A stretch of DNA of 64,000 nucleotides from the human T2T-CHM13v2.0 reference genome, Homo sapiens: NCBI RefSeq assembly GCF_009914755.1, contig NC_060931.1, one strand, 5' to 3'. Under the pieces are notes generated by a model that worked only from the letters and a program-made list of their open reading frames with translations, had not been told where the DNA came from and searched no databases. The position numbers were made by a program, and so were the translations under genes. The stretch's first letter is position 1. Each line of letters starts with the position of its first letter. This document shows, piece by piece, positions 1 through 13,690 of the stretch.

Positions 1-1019
1 CCTGCCCCTCAAGAACTGCGGGTGTTAGGGAGAAGCCTGTTGTTTTGAATTACTTCACATTGCTCCATTCCTAAGGGGCCTCTTAGTTACCCATCCCCAC
101 ATCACCAGATCATTGCAAATAATTGGGTGGGAAGCAATCTAACAATCTCAACCCATCTGTGGATCAGGTAACTGGTTACTATGACTTGATAGTTTTTAAA
201 CGTTGGTTTGACAGCATATGCACATCACTAAACAGTGTAGAGTTCTGGGGGGAGGAGGTGTGTATTTGGATTCCACATCAGATATTCTTATGTTGAGCTG
301 CCTCATGATTCCGCAAAAAGGAGCCATGCGTTCCCTGGCCGCTGAAGCTGAAAGGGCTCTCCAAACCCACATTCCAGTTGAACTTGCTTCCTGTCCTGCA
401 TTTCTCTCTTACTGAACTTTCCATGGTTGCTTATGTCCTCTGGCATTGGTTATCTGTGAGCAGCTCCATGTTTGGTAGTTCATATAGTAGACTTCCTAGG
501 CCCTGCATAGCTTGTAACATGACTGTAGAACCACAGCACTTGTCCCAGCCTTGTGTGGCATGCTTACAGCAGAGACGCAATGTTAAGTTTCAGTAAGATC
601 ACCCAGCCCCACCTCTGCTCCTAAATGTCTTGGAGAAGAACCAGGTATACGATGTGCAGCTTCCAAAGTAGTCTCAGGGCCTCTTGTTGGAGAGACAGAC
701 GTAGGTTGTTGGTCTTACTCCTTATTGATCAATAGTATGCGATGTTGGCTCTTCTTCCACAAAGAAATCTCAGAGTTCATTAGCAAGACTGCCTGTTTTT
801 AAGTTGAGTTGAGACTCCCCACTGGGGTCCCCTTGGCAATTCTAGGAAGTGTCCATTTGGCCCCTTTCAGTGATTCCATAGTGTCTATGGGTTCCCATTT
901 CTCCTGGATTTCTTTGTGACCCCTTCCAGAAAATCCTATTCTAATTAGAAACAATACTTCTGATCACGTACTGGGTCCTTCTGCAGATCACTGACAACTG
1001 TACCAAGGCGTAATCACAG

Positions 1020-1170
1020 TAGTAATAATAATCACTACAGTTACTTAGAATTTTCTATATGCAGGTAACACACACTGAGGCCCAGACAGGCTCATGAGCT
1101 TGTCCCAGGCGTGCAGTTAATAAGGGTTGGAGTTGGGATTTAAATCCATGTTCTTAAACCCCATGCTGTA
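1020..1170 (-). mobile_element. MIR SINE fragment
   Basis: ACTGAGGCCCAGACAGG..CTTGTCCCAGG..GGAGTTGGGATTTAAATCCA resembles the MIR core in reverse orientation. Confidence 0.6.
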
Positions 1171-3823
1171 CTTTCTCTTTAATCCCACTGTCTTCACGAT
1201 GTTTTATGTTTGCTTAGTGGAAAGAAACTCCTTCTTGTTTCCAGACATAAGAGCAGGCCTGGTAGAGACTCCCATGCACTGGGCGCCCCCTGTTCCCTTC
1301 TCTCTCTAGTACGTTTCACTCTGCTTCCTCTGTAGTCTCGATGCCGCTCCTTCCTCCACACTTCCCATCCCACTATACATCTTTTACACAGCAGGGCAGG
1401 GTGATTCGCTGCATGCTAGGCAGTAACTACATAGTAATAACAATAACTTGGTACTTAGAGCTCCTCATCCGAGGACGTCACCCGAGCTTAAAGAAATTTA
1501 AATATATCTGTTCACAGCAGCGTGGTGGGGATGGTTTTGATCTCATTTTCTCCAGGCCTGAAGAGAGATGTGCACGTTTAAAGGAAGGAAACACCAGCCT
1601 TCCTAATGAGGCCCCCTGACCAGAGTGGGGAACTGAGAAAGAGAAGCAAATAGGGGGAGGACCATATAGAGTAATGGTCTCTCATTTCCCTGCAGTTCCT
1701 TTGCAGAGTGCATTTGATGCTTGGCAGGCTTGCTGTCTCCAGGAGCCCTCTGGCTTCATGGTATTGAGAAGAAAGGGCTGCCCACCAGCTGAGTCTCTGT
1801 TATGTTAGCCACCAGCATCCAAGGATTTGCTCCAGAAACTGTCCTTATGGTGAACACCACTGGGCTCTGGTGGGGAGGAGGGAGGCTGGGTCTGATGGCT
1901 TCTCCACATCCCTGTCTCCCTCCTATCTTCAGGGCTCCCCATTCCCTCTCCTCCTGTGGGATGGTTCCCTGTCCCTCCTTTGAGGGTGGATCACCCACAG
2001 GCTCCCCCTGGCAACACTCCACATCCAGGGCCTTCTGCACACACAGGCGGGGATGGGGCAGGGGCTCTCTAGTGGAGGGACACAGCTTCCAAACCCTCAT
2101 TTGCTACTCCTACCTTCCAGCTATCCCTTCCTTGCCAGAGTTGAGCCTCTGGGCTCAGTTCTCACCTACCTGGGCTTGCAGAGCACGCCACCCTCTCCTG
2201 ATTTAACCTGCCCCTTTGACCAAACCAACCTGGCAACACTGCACCTCCATGTGACACACTGGAGAGATAGATCCACTTCAAGGAATGAACCTAACTGGCT
2301 TCCTTAGCTATGGAAATACTCTCAGATCTTGAATTAAGAGTCAATTAGTCCTCTAGTCCTCAGAAACTTGGAAGTGGATCATCTGCTGGGAGCTCACAGC
2401 ACATGTCTGGTTCCCTGCAGGCCACGCCCCAGAATGACAGCCAGCCCATCTGCTGATGCACCTGCTACATGCAAGTCACTGCCCCAGAGGCTGAAAGGTT
2501 TGCAGAGAAGTAGCAGGCTTTGTTCTTACTCTCAAGAAGCATGCAGTCATAAGGGGAGATGAGATGGGAACACACACAAGTCTAATGATATCCTGAGTTT
2601 CAGGTGAGCTCCAAATTGTCATTCCAAGTATGTACCTAGCTTTGAGACTGAAAGGTGCTTCCCACCTCAGTCCCAGTCACAGTGAAAAATCCAGAAGAAA
2701 GAACAGCCATTCAGTTGAGGTAGATGAGATGCATTTCAACGGTAAAATCACTTGAGCTTTTCCCTCTGACTCAAAGCAAATACATTGTCAAATACACTAT
2801 AAATATACATTTGCACTATTTATTACCTCTGCCTATAAAAGAAAATTGTATTAGGTGATCATGCTGAAAATGTGTCAAAAATATAATTTGCATCTCTTTT
2901 ATGTGGGTGTTTTTTTGTGTATTTGCTATATTTCAATTTGCTAATATGCATATATATCTCTGTAGAGACATGTATAAATGCTGTTTAGTTCTTCTGATCT
3001 TTGTTTTTATTTGCTTGGTATAAAGATTTCAATATAATTTGTGATTCTAAAAATATTGCTTTTGAAAAATATGGTATAGATCCTTTGTTCCCCTAATTCC
3101 CATAATCCAATACAATAAAACATTTATTAAAAGTATATTAAAGAGAATGTCCTGAAGGATTTCCTTCTCTTTGACAAACTCTCACTGGAGGATTATGCAG
3201 AATGTTTTCTCTGATGTCCTGAATTTCACAGAATCCATCTCTCTTCAGTTAGGCAAATTTCTCGAAGCTTCTCCATAACCCCTAGATGGTAAGATTCATT
3301 TTCCTCTTAGCAATCCTGCAAACTACGGGGAACTGAGATTTTGATTATCAGCCCTCATGCTTTACTCTGTGGATGTCATAGATTTCGAGAGGAGGTATAT
3401 TCTTTTGCATTATTTTTATTTATAGCATCTAACAGTATCTTTGTTTAATAAAAAGACTTGCAATTATGTCTTGATGGTTGCTTTCAACCACCTTAGGAAG
3501 CAAGTCAACATCCCCCCAGTTAGTGAAGAAGGAATAAAGCCAAAGAGGAGATTATGTCACTTTAGGGTCACACAGAAAATCAGTAGAAGATTAAAACTCA
3601 AGTCTCTCAAGTCTCAAGTATTCTGCTTTGCTGTTAGAAATGTCATCTTAGTTTCTTTTCCTCATCTACAAGCCACACGCCTATCGTTTTTCCTCAACTA
3701 GACAATACCTAGGGCCAAGGGAGGCCACTGTCCTTTCTATCCTATTTTGAACTCTAGAAAGAAATTTCCTTTTAGGTTTCCCCTGGGAACTTGGTCTCAC
3801 AGTGTGGTCAGGGAGAGAGAAAC

Positions 3824-4215
3824 TGCTAGAAACTGTATTGTGTGACCTCCCCTGCCAAAAAATGTGTACGTTGAAGCCCTAACCCCCATTGTGACTGTAT
3901 TTCAAGACTGGGCTTTTAGGAAATAGTTAAATGAATTCATAAGGCTTTGCCCTTAATCCAAGAGAAGTGGTGGCCTTAGAAGAAGAAGAGCAAGATCTCT
4001 CTCTCCACACAAACACTGACTGAGGAAAGGTCCTGTGAGAACAAAACGAGAAGGTGGCCTTCTGCAAGCCAGGAAAAGAGCCCTTGCCAGAAACCAACCC
4101 TGTCAGACCTTAATCTGGGACTTCCAGCCTCCAGTACTGTGAGAAAAAAGGTTCCTGTTGCTTAGGCCACCCAGTATATGGCATTTTGTTATGGCAGCCC
4201 AAGCAGACTAAGACA
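3824..4215 (+). mobile_element. MaLR solo LTR, MLT1A/B-like
   Basis: GTTGAAGCCCTAACCCCCATTGTGACTGTATTT, TGGGACTTCCAGCCTCCAG.ACTGTGAGAAA and a terminal GTTATGGCAGCCCAAGCAGACTAAGACA. Confidence 0.85.
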
Positions 4216-5244
4216 GACATCTTAAGCTTTTGCTTTCAATTCATCTCTTGGAGCCCATGTGGCATAGACAGGACCTAGAAGCTGCTCAGAGTCTGGCTGG
4301 GGAAAAGCTTACCAGAGCAGGTGCTGTGAGAGGGATGACCTGGCTGCAGAGTGGACCCCTGAGTCAGGGCCAGGTGAGACTAAGTCGGTAGCCAGCGGGG
4401 TCAGCAGCAGAAAGAACCAGACTAGGAGTTCCCCAGCCACAGGCTTCAGGAACCATTGCCAACAGAGCAAGTAGCTCCCAGGTGGACATGGGCATCACCC
4501 TGGAGGCCAGAGGAGATCAAGGACCTCATGCCCGGGGATCCCCAATCTGCCCTGCACAGAGTGACCTGGTCAGACTTGTTCCTCCCTCTACATATCCAAA
4601 CACCCTCTGAGGGAAAGAAGAAGTGGCAGAAATGACGTCACTGAGAGATGGAACATTTTTATCAAAGAGAGTTTTGACATCACCTATAGGGACTAGGTCA
4701 TCTGGACTAAATGTCAACAGGATTAAAAGTGAGTTCATTTTGCCCCCTCTGCAGGTGGGGGCTCAAGAGCAAGGCTAGTTTAGTCACAGGCAAATAAAAC
4801 AGTAATCTTCTCTCTACCCACACAAGCTGTAATTTAGATTGAATTTGTGAGTTACTACAGAGGAACCTGGGGAGGGCACCTCTTCCCAGGGAGAGGCAGG
4901 TTTGGGGCCAGCTACCGCCACATTCTAGAAACTCATTATCTTGGGAGTTTGTAAAGATGATGCCTGCCCATCCACCCTTTATTCTGTCTCCCTCTTGCTT
5001 ACTATATGTAAGCTGTACTGTGTCATTTAATACAATAGAGGGTGGCATTCACATAATTTTATCTTCCCAACTGTGTTATAAACTCCCCTTGAGCAGAAAC
5101 ATCAAAGGGTGCCAAGTACAGAGCTCCATGTTTGTCAGCCAAGCAGTGATGCTGCCCTGCTTTGGTGGAACTTGAGTGTGTCTGTAGGTTTTGCAGCAAG
5201 CTTCAAAATCCTAGCTGAGGACTCCTGGGGTGGGTCCCCACCCT

Positions 5245-5350
5245 GACATTAGCTATGGCACCTTGAACAAGTCAGTTTCCATTTCAGGACCTCAGTCTCC
5301 ACATTTGTAAAACAAAAGAGTTGAACTAATGGACCTTTAAGATTCCTGTT
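5245..5350 (+). mobile_element. MIR fragment
   Basis: CCTTGAACAAGTCAGTT..CCTCAGTCTCCACATTTGTAAAAC MIR core. Confidence 0.6.
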
Positions 5351-5479
5351 CAAGCCTCCTCTTGCATGAGTGTTTGAGATGTCTTGTTCCATCTTTTATC
5401 TCCCCAGTGGGCCATTTGGAGACCTGCAGCATAGTCATGACTGTGGCTATAGAGGTTGTCCTATATTAAGTAACCTAAC

Positions 5480-5730
5480 CTATTCAATTCCCACAACAAC
5501 ACTTTAGAAAAGGTCCTATTATTGCCACCACCATTTTACTGACAAGAAAACTGAGACACAGGGAATAACTTGCCCAAGGAAACAAGGTAATTGTGCTGAA
5601 AATGTGTCAAAAACATAATTTGCATCTCTTTTATATAATTTGAAAATATAATTTGCAGCAAGTGTTAGAGCTGGGTTTCAAACTCAGAGACAGGCTCCAT
5701 AGTCCTGCCTGGGCCACCTCACTGTGCTGC
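5480..5730 (-). mobile_element. MIR interrupted by a ~70-bp templated insert (5585-5657)
   Basis: CATTTTACTGACAAGAAAACTGAGACACAG..AACTTGCCCAAGG, then the insert, then GCAAGTGTTAGAGCTGGGTTTCAAACTCAG. Confidence 0.75.
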
Positions 5731-8700
5731 CTTTAGGATTGGAAACCAGTGGCTGATAGGTTGGCTTTGGGGAGGAGAGGGCAGTCCACACATCCTGAGT
5801 TTAGGAGTCTGTAGAGGTCCCTACTGCCAGGGCACACTTTCACTCCAAGATATACTTGCCCCTCCCTCTCAAAAGATTGTTTTCTAGCTTGTTCATTTCA
5901 CAAGCATTTCTTGAATGTCTGCTGTGTGCCAGGCAGCCTTGGGCTTGGACTGGGATCTAAAGTAAGGGCTACTAAAAGGGGTGGGATGAAGGGGCAGGGT
6001 GTGGCAGATTCTCTGCAGAAGGTCAGTTTCTGAGATGTTTTTTTTATCACCCTCATTCCAGGAAACCTAATTCTATCATCTCATAGGACCCTCTAGGACA
6101 TCACCATGGGACTTTTGGCTTAGCCCCAACAGAACCCTGAATAAGCCCTTCTTAGCCTGTGATTTATAATTTTCTGAATCCTTACCTGGCTTATTTGGCT
6201 TTTGCTGGGAGGTGGCAGAGAAAAGGAAGAGATGGGAATAATTGGTCCTATCAATAGGTTTGTCTGTAATTCATTTTACTTCCCTGCCATAAGAAAACAT
6301 GCATTTCTTCTTTTGAGCACAGTGACTTTTTCATGCAAAGTAGTCATTCCTCAGATGACAGATAGGAGCTGAACTGGAGGCAATGTTCTGTATTGAAGAA
6401 ACAGCAGTGACAGTTGCTTTTCTAAACAAGACTGTGGGCACACATTAGGAGCCTGCTCTCATTCCCACAGAGCTTGACACATTGCAGCAACCAATCCTCG
6501 CCAAAGGACAAGTCCCCCTTCTCCTCAGACTGAATGGAGACAGGGCTGGGACCTCCAGGAGACCCCACAGCTGCCAGGTGCCTGCCCAAAGCTTGCAGGT
6601 GGCATGGGTGTTTCAGAACCTATTGAGGTTACCCAGGTCAGGGTGGAGAAAACAGGCCCTTCCCATGTAGGTAGTTCACCCTACCTCATCTGGTGGGCCA
6701 TGCATGTTTGCGGAACAGCAGCCCCTTGTCCTGCAAATGCCGGGGATGAGGATGCGCAGGGGTGAGACACACATTCTCAGCTGCCCCTGTGCCCTACGCT
6801 CCAATGCCAGCACAGAGGAGCAGGACATTGAGGCCCTATCACGCTAAGAACCAGGGGCTGGAAAACTCAGCCCCAGCGGGTAATGCAGACCCCATTTGGA
6901 GCTCCCCCGGGGTGTGCCGAGTCCACAACCGAAGAGAACTGGCCAAGAAACAAGGAGGGGTGGCCTCGTCTCAGCTTCAGTCACAACCACGTGTGATGAC
7001 TTGGGTAAGAAGAGGCCTGAGGCCCACACAGAGGCACTAAATGGTTTCCTCAGAGCAGTGTGGTCCAGATAGACCATCTCTGGTGCCTCAGATGGAAAAC
7101 AATAGGTGGGTTTGGGGGTCTCCAAAGCAAGAGAGGCTTTGCCCACCAAGCCCTGCCCAGAGCCACCGTCCATTCCCTTTCCCCAGCTCCTTCCTTGGCC
7201 TGGCGAGGGAGGTGGTCTGCTGTCCTCTGCAGTGCCCTGGCAGAGCTCCAGTGGGAATGTCAGCCTGGAAGACGTCCCTGGACTGCATGACTTTCTAAGC
7301 GGGCTGTGGCGGTGGCCAGGAGCCAGCAGCCCTCTCACTCTCTCTGGAAGGCGGCCGTTTTGTCTGCTGGTGCTGCATCAGGGGCCACCTGAGCCTGCAG
7401 CCTGAGGACAAGGCTCCAGGGACACTGCCTCAGGCCACGGTTGACCCTCCAGAGTCAATCACGTCTATGTGTCTCTAGGAGAGGCAAAAATTGTCAGTGG
7501 TCTGCAAACCACTCTTTCGTTCTAGATTAGAGCTGCAAGTTGAGAGAGGAAGAAAAAGGAAAAACAAAAACAAACCCCGAAGACACAAGTACTGAACAGT
7601 GTCAAAATGAGCTAGGCTCCAAGTCCATTTTTCATATTGTTCCCTATTTTCAATAGCTACTGGGTGCCAGAGGAAAAAAAGGAACAACTTTAAAAAACAA
7701 TCAGCGGGACATGTGGTGTTCATTCTTGGCTGGAACTATGCAGCCTCATCTGCCGGCAAACACTCTGCAGTCTTTCATGAAAAATGTTTTAGAACTAATG
7801 AGCTATATTTGCATTCCCCATAGAATGGATTTGGAATTTTTCATCTATGCTGCACCATGAAAAATGGATGTGTTTGGCGCAGAAGTCATTTGAACGTGAA
7901 GCCAGCCTCAGTGGAAAGACAACCTTCAGAAAAACTTTCCAAGTAACTTTTCATTCGCGCTTGCTTCCACCAGGGAAGGTTAGGCTCATGTGAAAGATGG
8001 AAATTTCCTGCACAAACCTAGATGCTGATGAGATTTGTTTTTGTAGATAATCTGCAGCAGCGAAATTTTTCATAATGTCACTGCAAAATAAATTAAAATG
8101 TTCATCTTCATATGGCTGGTTCCATTGCATTAAAATAAATGTTGCAAGCTCATTTAATTAGTATAGTTAGGAATGTCTCTTCCCTGCTTCACTGACTCTC
8201 CAAATCACAAGTTAATTTGTCAAAATCAGACCATTGTTTTTCCTTCATTCTTCATTACTAGAGACAGCCCCATTTAAATAAATGTTTATGCTACAGAGAG
8301 CAGAGCAGTGAACAACCCCAAATATTTTCATAAGCCAGTGCTGGAAAAGTTTAAGACACAGGGAGCGAGGATGCATTTTTTTCTTCCCTTTGTGGTTATT
8401 GGATATGTGACTGGCTAGAAAGGCACACAATCGAGCAGTCTGCTGTAACTGATGATGTTCCGCCCGCCATTGCTCATGTTGGCGGGCTACATCCTCTTGA
8501 AAGCAGTTTTCTTCTATGTTTTCAAAGACAAATGATGACAAAAGACAGCATCTCTATAAATTACCCTCCTCAAATCGTTCTCTTCAAGAGCCCTTGGTTA
8601 ATCAATTAGTTGGTGTTAGGAAGGGGTCTGAACTGGGGTGGAGGGTAGTCCTGGTGTTCACAGTCATTCACTCACCATGACTGGCTGCGAGCAGCTGGGC

Positions 8701-9614
8701 ATTCCTGCTGAAAACTCAAAAGATAACCAAACTTCTTTCCCCCTTGCCTCCTGACCCTCCCAAACCTCCAAGAAAAAATCAGAACCATGGGGATGGGGTA
8801 GCCAGTACTAAAGCAGGAGTTCCTGGCAGTGAAGGTGTTGGGGTTAATGATGAAGACCAGGGAAAAGGGGTTCACAGAATTGGCTGAGGGCTTATGTGTG
8901 CAGAGGTCTTCTGGAAGGCATCCATCAGTAATGGATGAAAGAGCTTATCAGATCATTAGCAGCGCCCCATACTAATGAGATGTTGCATTCCTGCTCAGTA
9001 GAGACCCCCTCCATTGGAAAATGCCACAGTGCCTGGCTCTATATTCAGCACCAACCAGCAGAAGGTCAGCTTTCCTCTCTGCAGCTTTGTCCTCTGCCAT
9101 GATGGAGTGATCCAGCCTCCCTCTTCCATGAGAAGCTAAAAGATAGGATAGCCTTTTTCTTTTTGCTATGTAGTGTTTTCTTGCCCCATTACCTGTTTTT
9201 CCCCCCACTGCTGTTCTTGCTTTGCAAGTCTTTTCTACTCTGGAGCAAATGGGTGCGAGGAGAGTGGATGCGCTTCTTCAAATTTCTTGCAATGTGATGA
9301 GTGAAAAGGCTTTCAAAGTTGCCCTCACTGTGACTCTGATGAGCTCTGGTGTGTAGAATCAATCTTTCCTCTTTCTATTCTTTTCTTTCTTTTTTCTTTG
9401 CCTTTTTAAAATAAATCCTTGGGATAAACTTTACTTCATTAATACATTATTTGATTAACCAGAGGATTTAATGAGTGCATATTCTACAAATGTACTTGAC
9501 TTTTGGAGGTCAGAACTCCAGTGAGCTGCCCAGGACATAGGCAGGCAGGAAGCAGCAGCACCCCAGGCTCCCCACAACACTTGGGAGTTACTGAAAGCCG
9601 TGCTGAGCGTGCCA

Positions 9615-9690
9615 CTGTGCATTCATTCATTCGCTCATTCATTTGATAAGCATTTGTTGGCAGGCATTGAACTAGACCCTGAATGTGGAG
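9615..9690 (-). mobile_element. L2 LINE 3' end
   Basis: CATTCATTCATTCGCTCATTCATTTGATAAGCATTTGTTGG is a typical L2 tail. Confidence 0.6.
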
Positions 9691-10259
9691 AGTCAATCTT
9701 CTTTTCTCATATAAACAAAAAATGGAGTTTTCTGAATAGGCCTGGGCCAGTACACCCTGGAGCCTAGTGGCCTGACCCCTGAACCCCAGTGCCTTATCTA
9801 ATGATGGTACAATTTATTGAAAACATTTGTGTCTCTGGTTGGCTGTGGAGCAGTCTTTGTAAATCAAGGAAACTGGAGAGCAAAGCCAGGTGCATAAAAG
9901 ACAAGCGAACTGAGCTGGGGGAAGAGCAAGCATTCAGCCTTGGTGAGTCTAAAGGAAATACAGTATTGTCACTTGGAGTCTCTTCTCCTTGGGTCAGCTC
10001 AGTCTCCAATGTGTATGTCAGGGAGTACAAGAAGGACTGACATAAGGATTCTCAACATGGAAGAGCAAACCAGGGAGCAGAGAAAAGTTTTCTTAGGGAA
10101 AAAACAAAAATCCTGCCCCATAATGTTGGCCTGGTTCTGTGTCCACAGATCAAAAGCCAGGCTGGAAGCATGGAGTCAGATACACAGCTCACAGCACACA
10201 GAACAGGCAACTGCAGGCAAACCCAGGCAAGCTCTGGGAGGCGGCTGCCACTTGAGAGG

Positions 10260-10460
10260 GCAAACCTCGCTTCAAATCCCCAACTCTACTCACCAGCTGT
10301 GACCTCGGTCAAATGATGGGCATACGAATAATTATATACATATATATATATATGTATATATATACAAACATGTGTATATATGACATGGTTCCCATGAAAA
10401 TGAAATGAGACACTGTATAAAAGTGACCTGGCACATATTGAGTGTTTGACTAACGTTAGT
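10260..10460 (+). mobile_element. MIR with internal (TA)n microsatellite (10333-10380)
   Basis: TTCAAATCCCCAACTCTACTCACCAGCTGTGACCTCGG..AAAATGAAATGAGA..CCTGGCACATA. Confidence 0.65.
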
Positions 10461-10919
10461 TCTCTTCTGGGGACTTTTGGAAGGGATAAGGCAGCAAAGG
10501 GGAGGGTGGGTTAATGGATCAGAGTGAGTGTGGTAAATACAGTGACCATTGACAAAAATCAGTTTCTTAGTGAAATTGATTTTTAATTAAGTCTGGCTGT
10601 TAAACTATGTTTGAATGGGACACTGCTCTGAGACTGAGCCACATATGTCTCTGGTTTATATGGGTTACAAAACTCACAGCTTTTTGATCAGGTGTGAACT
10701 TAGTGATCATCTGGTGAACACACATTCACAACTTGCAAAAGATTAGATGCCTTCCAAGGTCATGCACCGGTTAGCAGCTGCCTCCTGCCTCCTGCCTCCC
10801 TTCAGATGGGTGGAGGCTATAGAACACCTGTGACTAAGAAGGCCCAGGCCCCCAACCACTCCTCACATGGCGAGGTTTCCCAATCACTTACCATCCTTTT
10901 CATCCTGCCTTAACCTTCT

Positions 10920-11400
10920 CCACTGTTACTATGTTCTTTTTAAAACGAGGTGCTCAAAACCAAATAAAATAGCCCAAATACATCTGACTCTGGCAAAACA
11001 AAGGGGAACAGTGACCACTTTTGTTTTGGAGAAGTCTATGATTAAAGCAGCCTATTGGCAGCCACCCCATAGTCCCCTGACAGTCACCTGAGATCCCCAG
11101 GACTCTTTTTTACAGCTGACTGGATGTCAGCCCCCTTCAGCCTGTAGGTGTGTCATTGGTTATTTATCCTGATGACTGAATCTTATGGTTATCGCCATCA
11201 AATTCAGTGAGTTTGGGGCTATCATTTTAGACTGTCAAGACCTTTTTGCATCATAATTCTGTCACCTGGTGGATCAGTTTTACTTCCTAGCTCTGCATCA
11301 GGCTGTTATTCTGCCAGCCACACACCTCTTCCTCCAGTCCTCAGGGATAACCTGAGCGACTTTGTCAAAAGGTTTGCTTGAACTCAAGATACTCATTCCT
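10920..11400 (-). mobile_element. CR1/L3 LINE fragment
   Basis: Degenerate CR1-like motifs: CTGTCAAGACCTTTTTGCATCATAATTCTGTCA, CTTTGTCAAAAGGTTTGCTTGAACTCAAGATAC. Confidence 0.5.
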
Positions 11401-11670
11401 CTCAGCTTCCTGTTCTCACGGGTACCATGGCTCACAGCCACACCAGCTCAAATCTCAATATCTCCTGAGGATTTAAGACCTTGCAAACCTTGAGAGGTCC
11501 CCTAGAAGGAAGTGGTCACTAATCGTTATTGAACACTTTCATTATCAGTTGGGAAGAATTATGTTGGGATAAATTATGAAGAAGGCTAGGAAAGGGTCCC
11601 TGAGAGAAAAAGAGAGAGAGAGAAAAGATCAAGATAGAAGGAGGTGGTATAAACTTAGTCTGCTTGACAC

Positions 11671-12120
11671 TTTTTTAAAAATTTAACTTTTATTTTAAGT
11701 TCAGGGGTAAATGTTCAGGTTTGTTATATAGGTAAACTTGTGTCATGGGGGTTTGTTGTACAGATTATTTCGTCACCTAGGTAGTTAGCTTGGTACCTGT
11801 TAGTTATTTTTTTCTGATCCTCTCCCTCCTCCTACTCTCCACCCTCTGATAGGCCCCAGTGTGTGTTGTTCCCCTCTTTGTGTCCATGTGTTCCCATCTT
11901 TTAGTGCCCACTTACAAATGAGAACAAGCAGTATTTGGTTTTCTGTTCCTGCATTAGTTTGCTAAGGATAACGGCCTCCAGCTCCATCCACGTTCCTGCA
12001 AAGGACATGATATCATCCTTTTTATGGCTGCATAGTACTCTATGGTGTATATGTACCACATTTTCTTTATCTAGTCAACCACTGATGGGCATTTAGGTTG
12101 ATTCCATGTCTTTGCTACTG
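11671..12120 (-). mobile_element. L1PA (older primate, ~L1PA8-13-like) 3' end, 5'-truncated
   Basis: Poly-T start; CAGGTTTGTTATATAGGTAAACTTGTGTCATGGGGGTTTG; TTTTATGGCTGCATAGTA; degraded TSD TGCTTGACACTTTT / TACTTCACAATTTT. Confidence 0.9.
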
Positions 12121-12374
12121 TACTTCACAATTTTCTATGCTCTGAAATTAAGCAATATCATGAATGATCATTAAAACATAAGAAAGCATAAGAGAAATTT
12201 TTTAAAAATTCAGTTTAGCCAGAAGTGAAAATGCAGTTTGCATTTTTGTCCTTTAGATTAGTTCAGTCTTTGTCATTTAGAATCTAAAGATCGTGTATCA
12301 GGTATATCTTTGTGATAAGACCAAAATTTTGCTTTTTATCCTTATCTTGAAAATATTATGAGTGTAAAAGTAAT

Positions 12375-12625
12375 ACATATGATGAGACTCCATTCATGTA
12401 AAATTTAAAACTAGGCAAAACTCCCCTAGGGTGTTAGAAATCAGGATAGCGGTTGCAGTTGGAGAGGATGGTGGAGGAGTGCTTGGGAGAGCACCGAGGG
12501 TGGCCGGGGGGCTGGTCACATTGCTGCTTTTGATTTAGGCAGTGCTTACAGAAATATACTCACTTTGTGAACATTCATTATTTCATACAAGCACGAATTG
12601 TACACTTCTCTAGATGTACATGGTA
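12375..12625 (+). mobile_element. L1ME-like 3' UTR fragment
   Basis: CCATTCATGTAAAATTTAAAACTAGGCAAAACT..TTAGAAATCAGGATAGCGGTT..CACTTTGTGAACATTCAT. Confidence 0.65.
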
Positions 12626-13271
12626 AACAGGAGCCAAACTCCAGTGTTCAGAATGCCTTTTATAGGTCTTTTCTTTTTTTCTTATGGAGGGCAGAGGGCA
12701 GAGAAGCATATAATTTAACTAATTCACCAGATTTCTGTTTCTGAGAGCCTTCTAGGTACGAAGCATTGTATTGGGGCTCTGGAGATAAAATGAAGATAAA
12801 GCAGACATGAGCCCTGTTGTAAGATTTATCTGTCACTTACAGTCTAGTGATGGATAAACACACATCAAATACAGCTCCACTCCAGAGGACAGTGTCCTGG
12901 GGTCCTTATAGGGGTCAGGCAGCTGGTCTCCTTGAAAGACTATCTGAACACATTTCATATATTCAAGAATCACATATATCTTTACATTTGAATTTATATT
13001 TAGTGAATGACTTGTAATTTCACTACCTTACCCATAGCAGGAAGAGCTTCTTATACTTTTCTCCCATTTTGTGGAAAACTCTGTAAGAAATTTATACACA
13101 ATTAATAAAAGATACATGATGGTTATTATTGCAGACAGAAAAATGACATATATTTTATCTCATTTTTAAAGGTCTAACTTTTAAAAATATTCTAAACAGG
13201 AGAAATGCCTAGTGAAGTAACTATAAGTCAACTTTTGAACATATAGACAAAAATTTTAAATAAAAAATCTC

Positions 13272-13690
13272 TCAACCAATGAATGGCTAAGCAAAATGCG
13301 GGACAGCTATACAATGGAATATTATTCAACCACAAAAAAGAATGAAGTACTGACACATGCTATGACACGGATGGACATTAGAAACATTATGCTAAATAAA
13401 ATTAGTCAGCTACAAAAGGCCACATATTGTATGGTTCATTTATATGAAATGTGCAGAATAGGCAAATACATAGAGCTATAAAGTAGATTAGCAGTTGTCG
13501 GGGCTGGGGAGGGGAGGTGTGTGAGGTAACTGCTAATGAGTACGAGGTGTCCTTCCTGGGTGATGGAATATGTTCTGGAATTAGATGATGGTGAGGTTGC
13601 ACAGTTTGTGAATAGACCAAAACCCACTGAATTGCACACTTTAAAATGGTAAATTTTATGATATGTGAATTATATTGCAATAAAACATAT
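13272..13690 (+). mobile_element. L1MB-like 3' end
   Basis: ACAATGGAATATTATTCAACCACAAAAAAGAATGAAGTACTGACACATGCT; GGGTGATGGAATATGTTCTGGAATTAGAT; AATAAA; the ORF at 13296 is an L1 ORF2 C-terminal remnant (YTMEYYS). Confidence 0.9.

Noticed and set aside
2640-3150. Possible ancient DNA-transposon relic (AT-rich block containing the donor of the 5585 insert)
   Set aside because: No terminal inverted repeats or family could be assigned by eye; needs a Dfam search.
8245-8541. 98-aa minus-strand ORF with a Q/E/H-rich, coiled-coil-like stretch
   Set aside because: Non-ATG start, no recognised homology, no convincing splice sites; better explained as non-coding.
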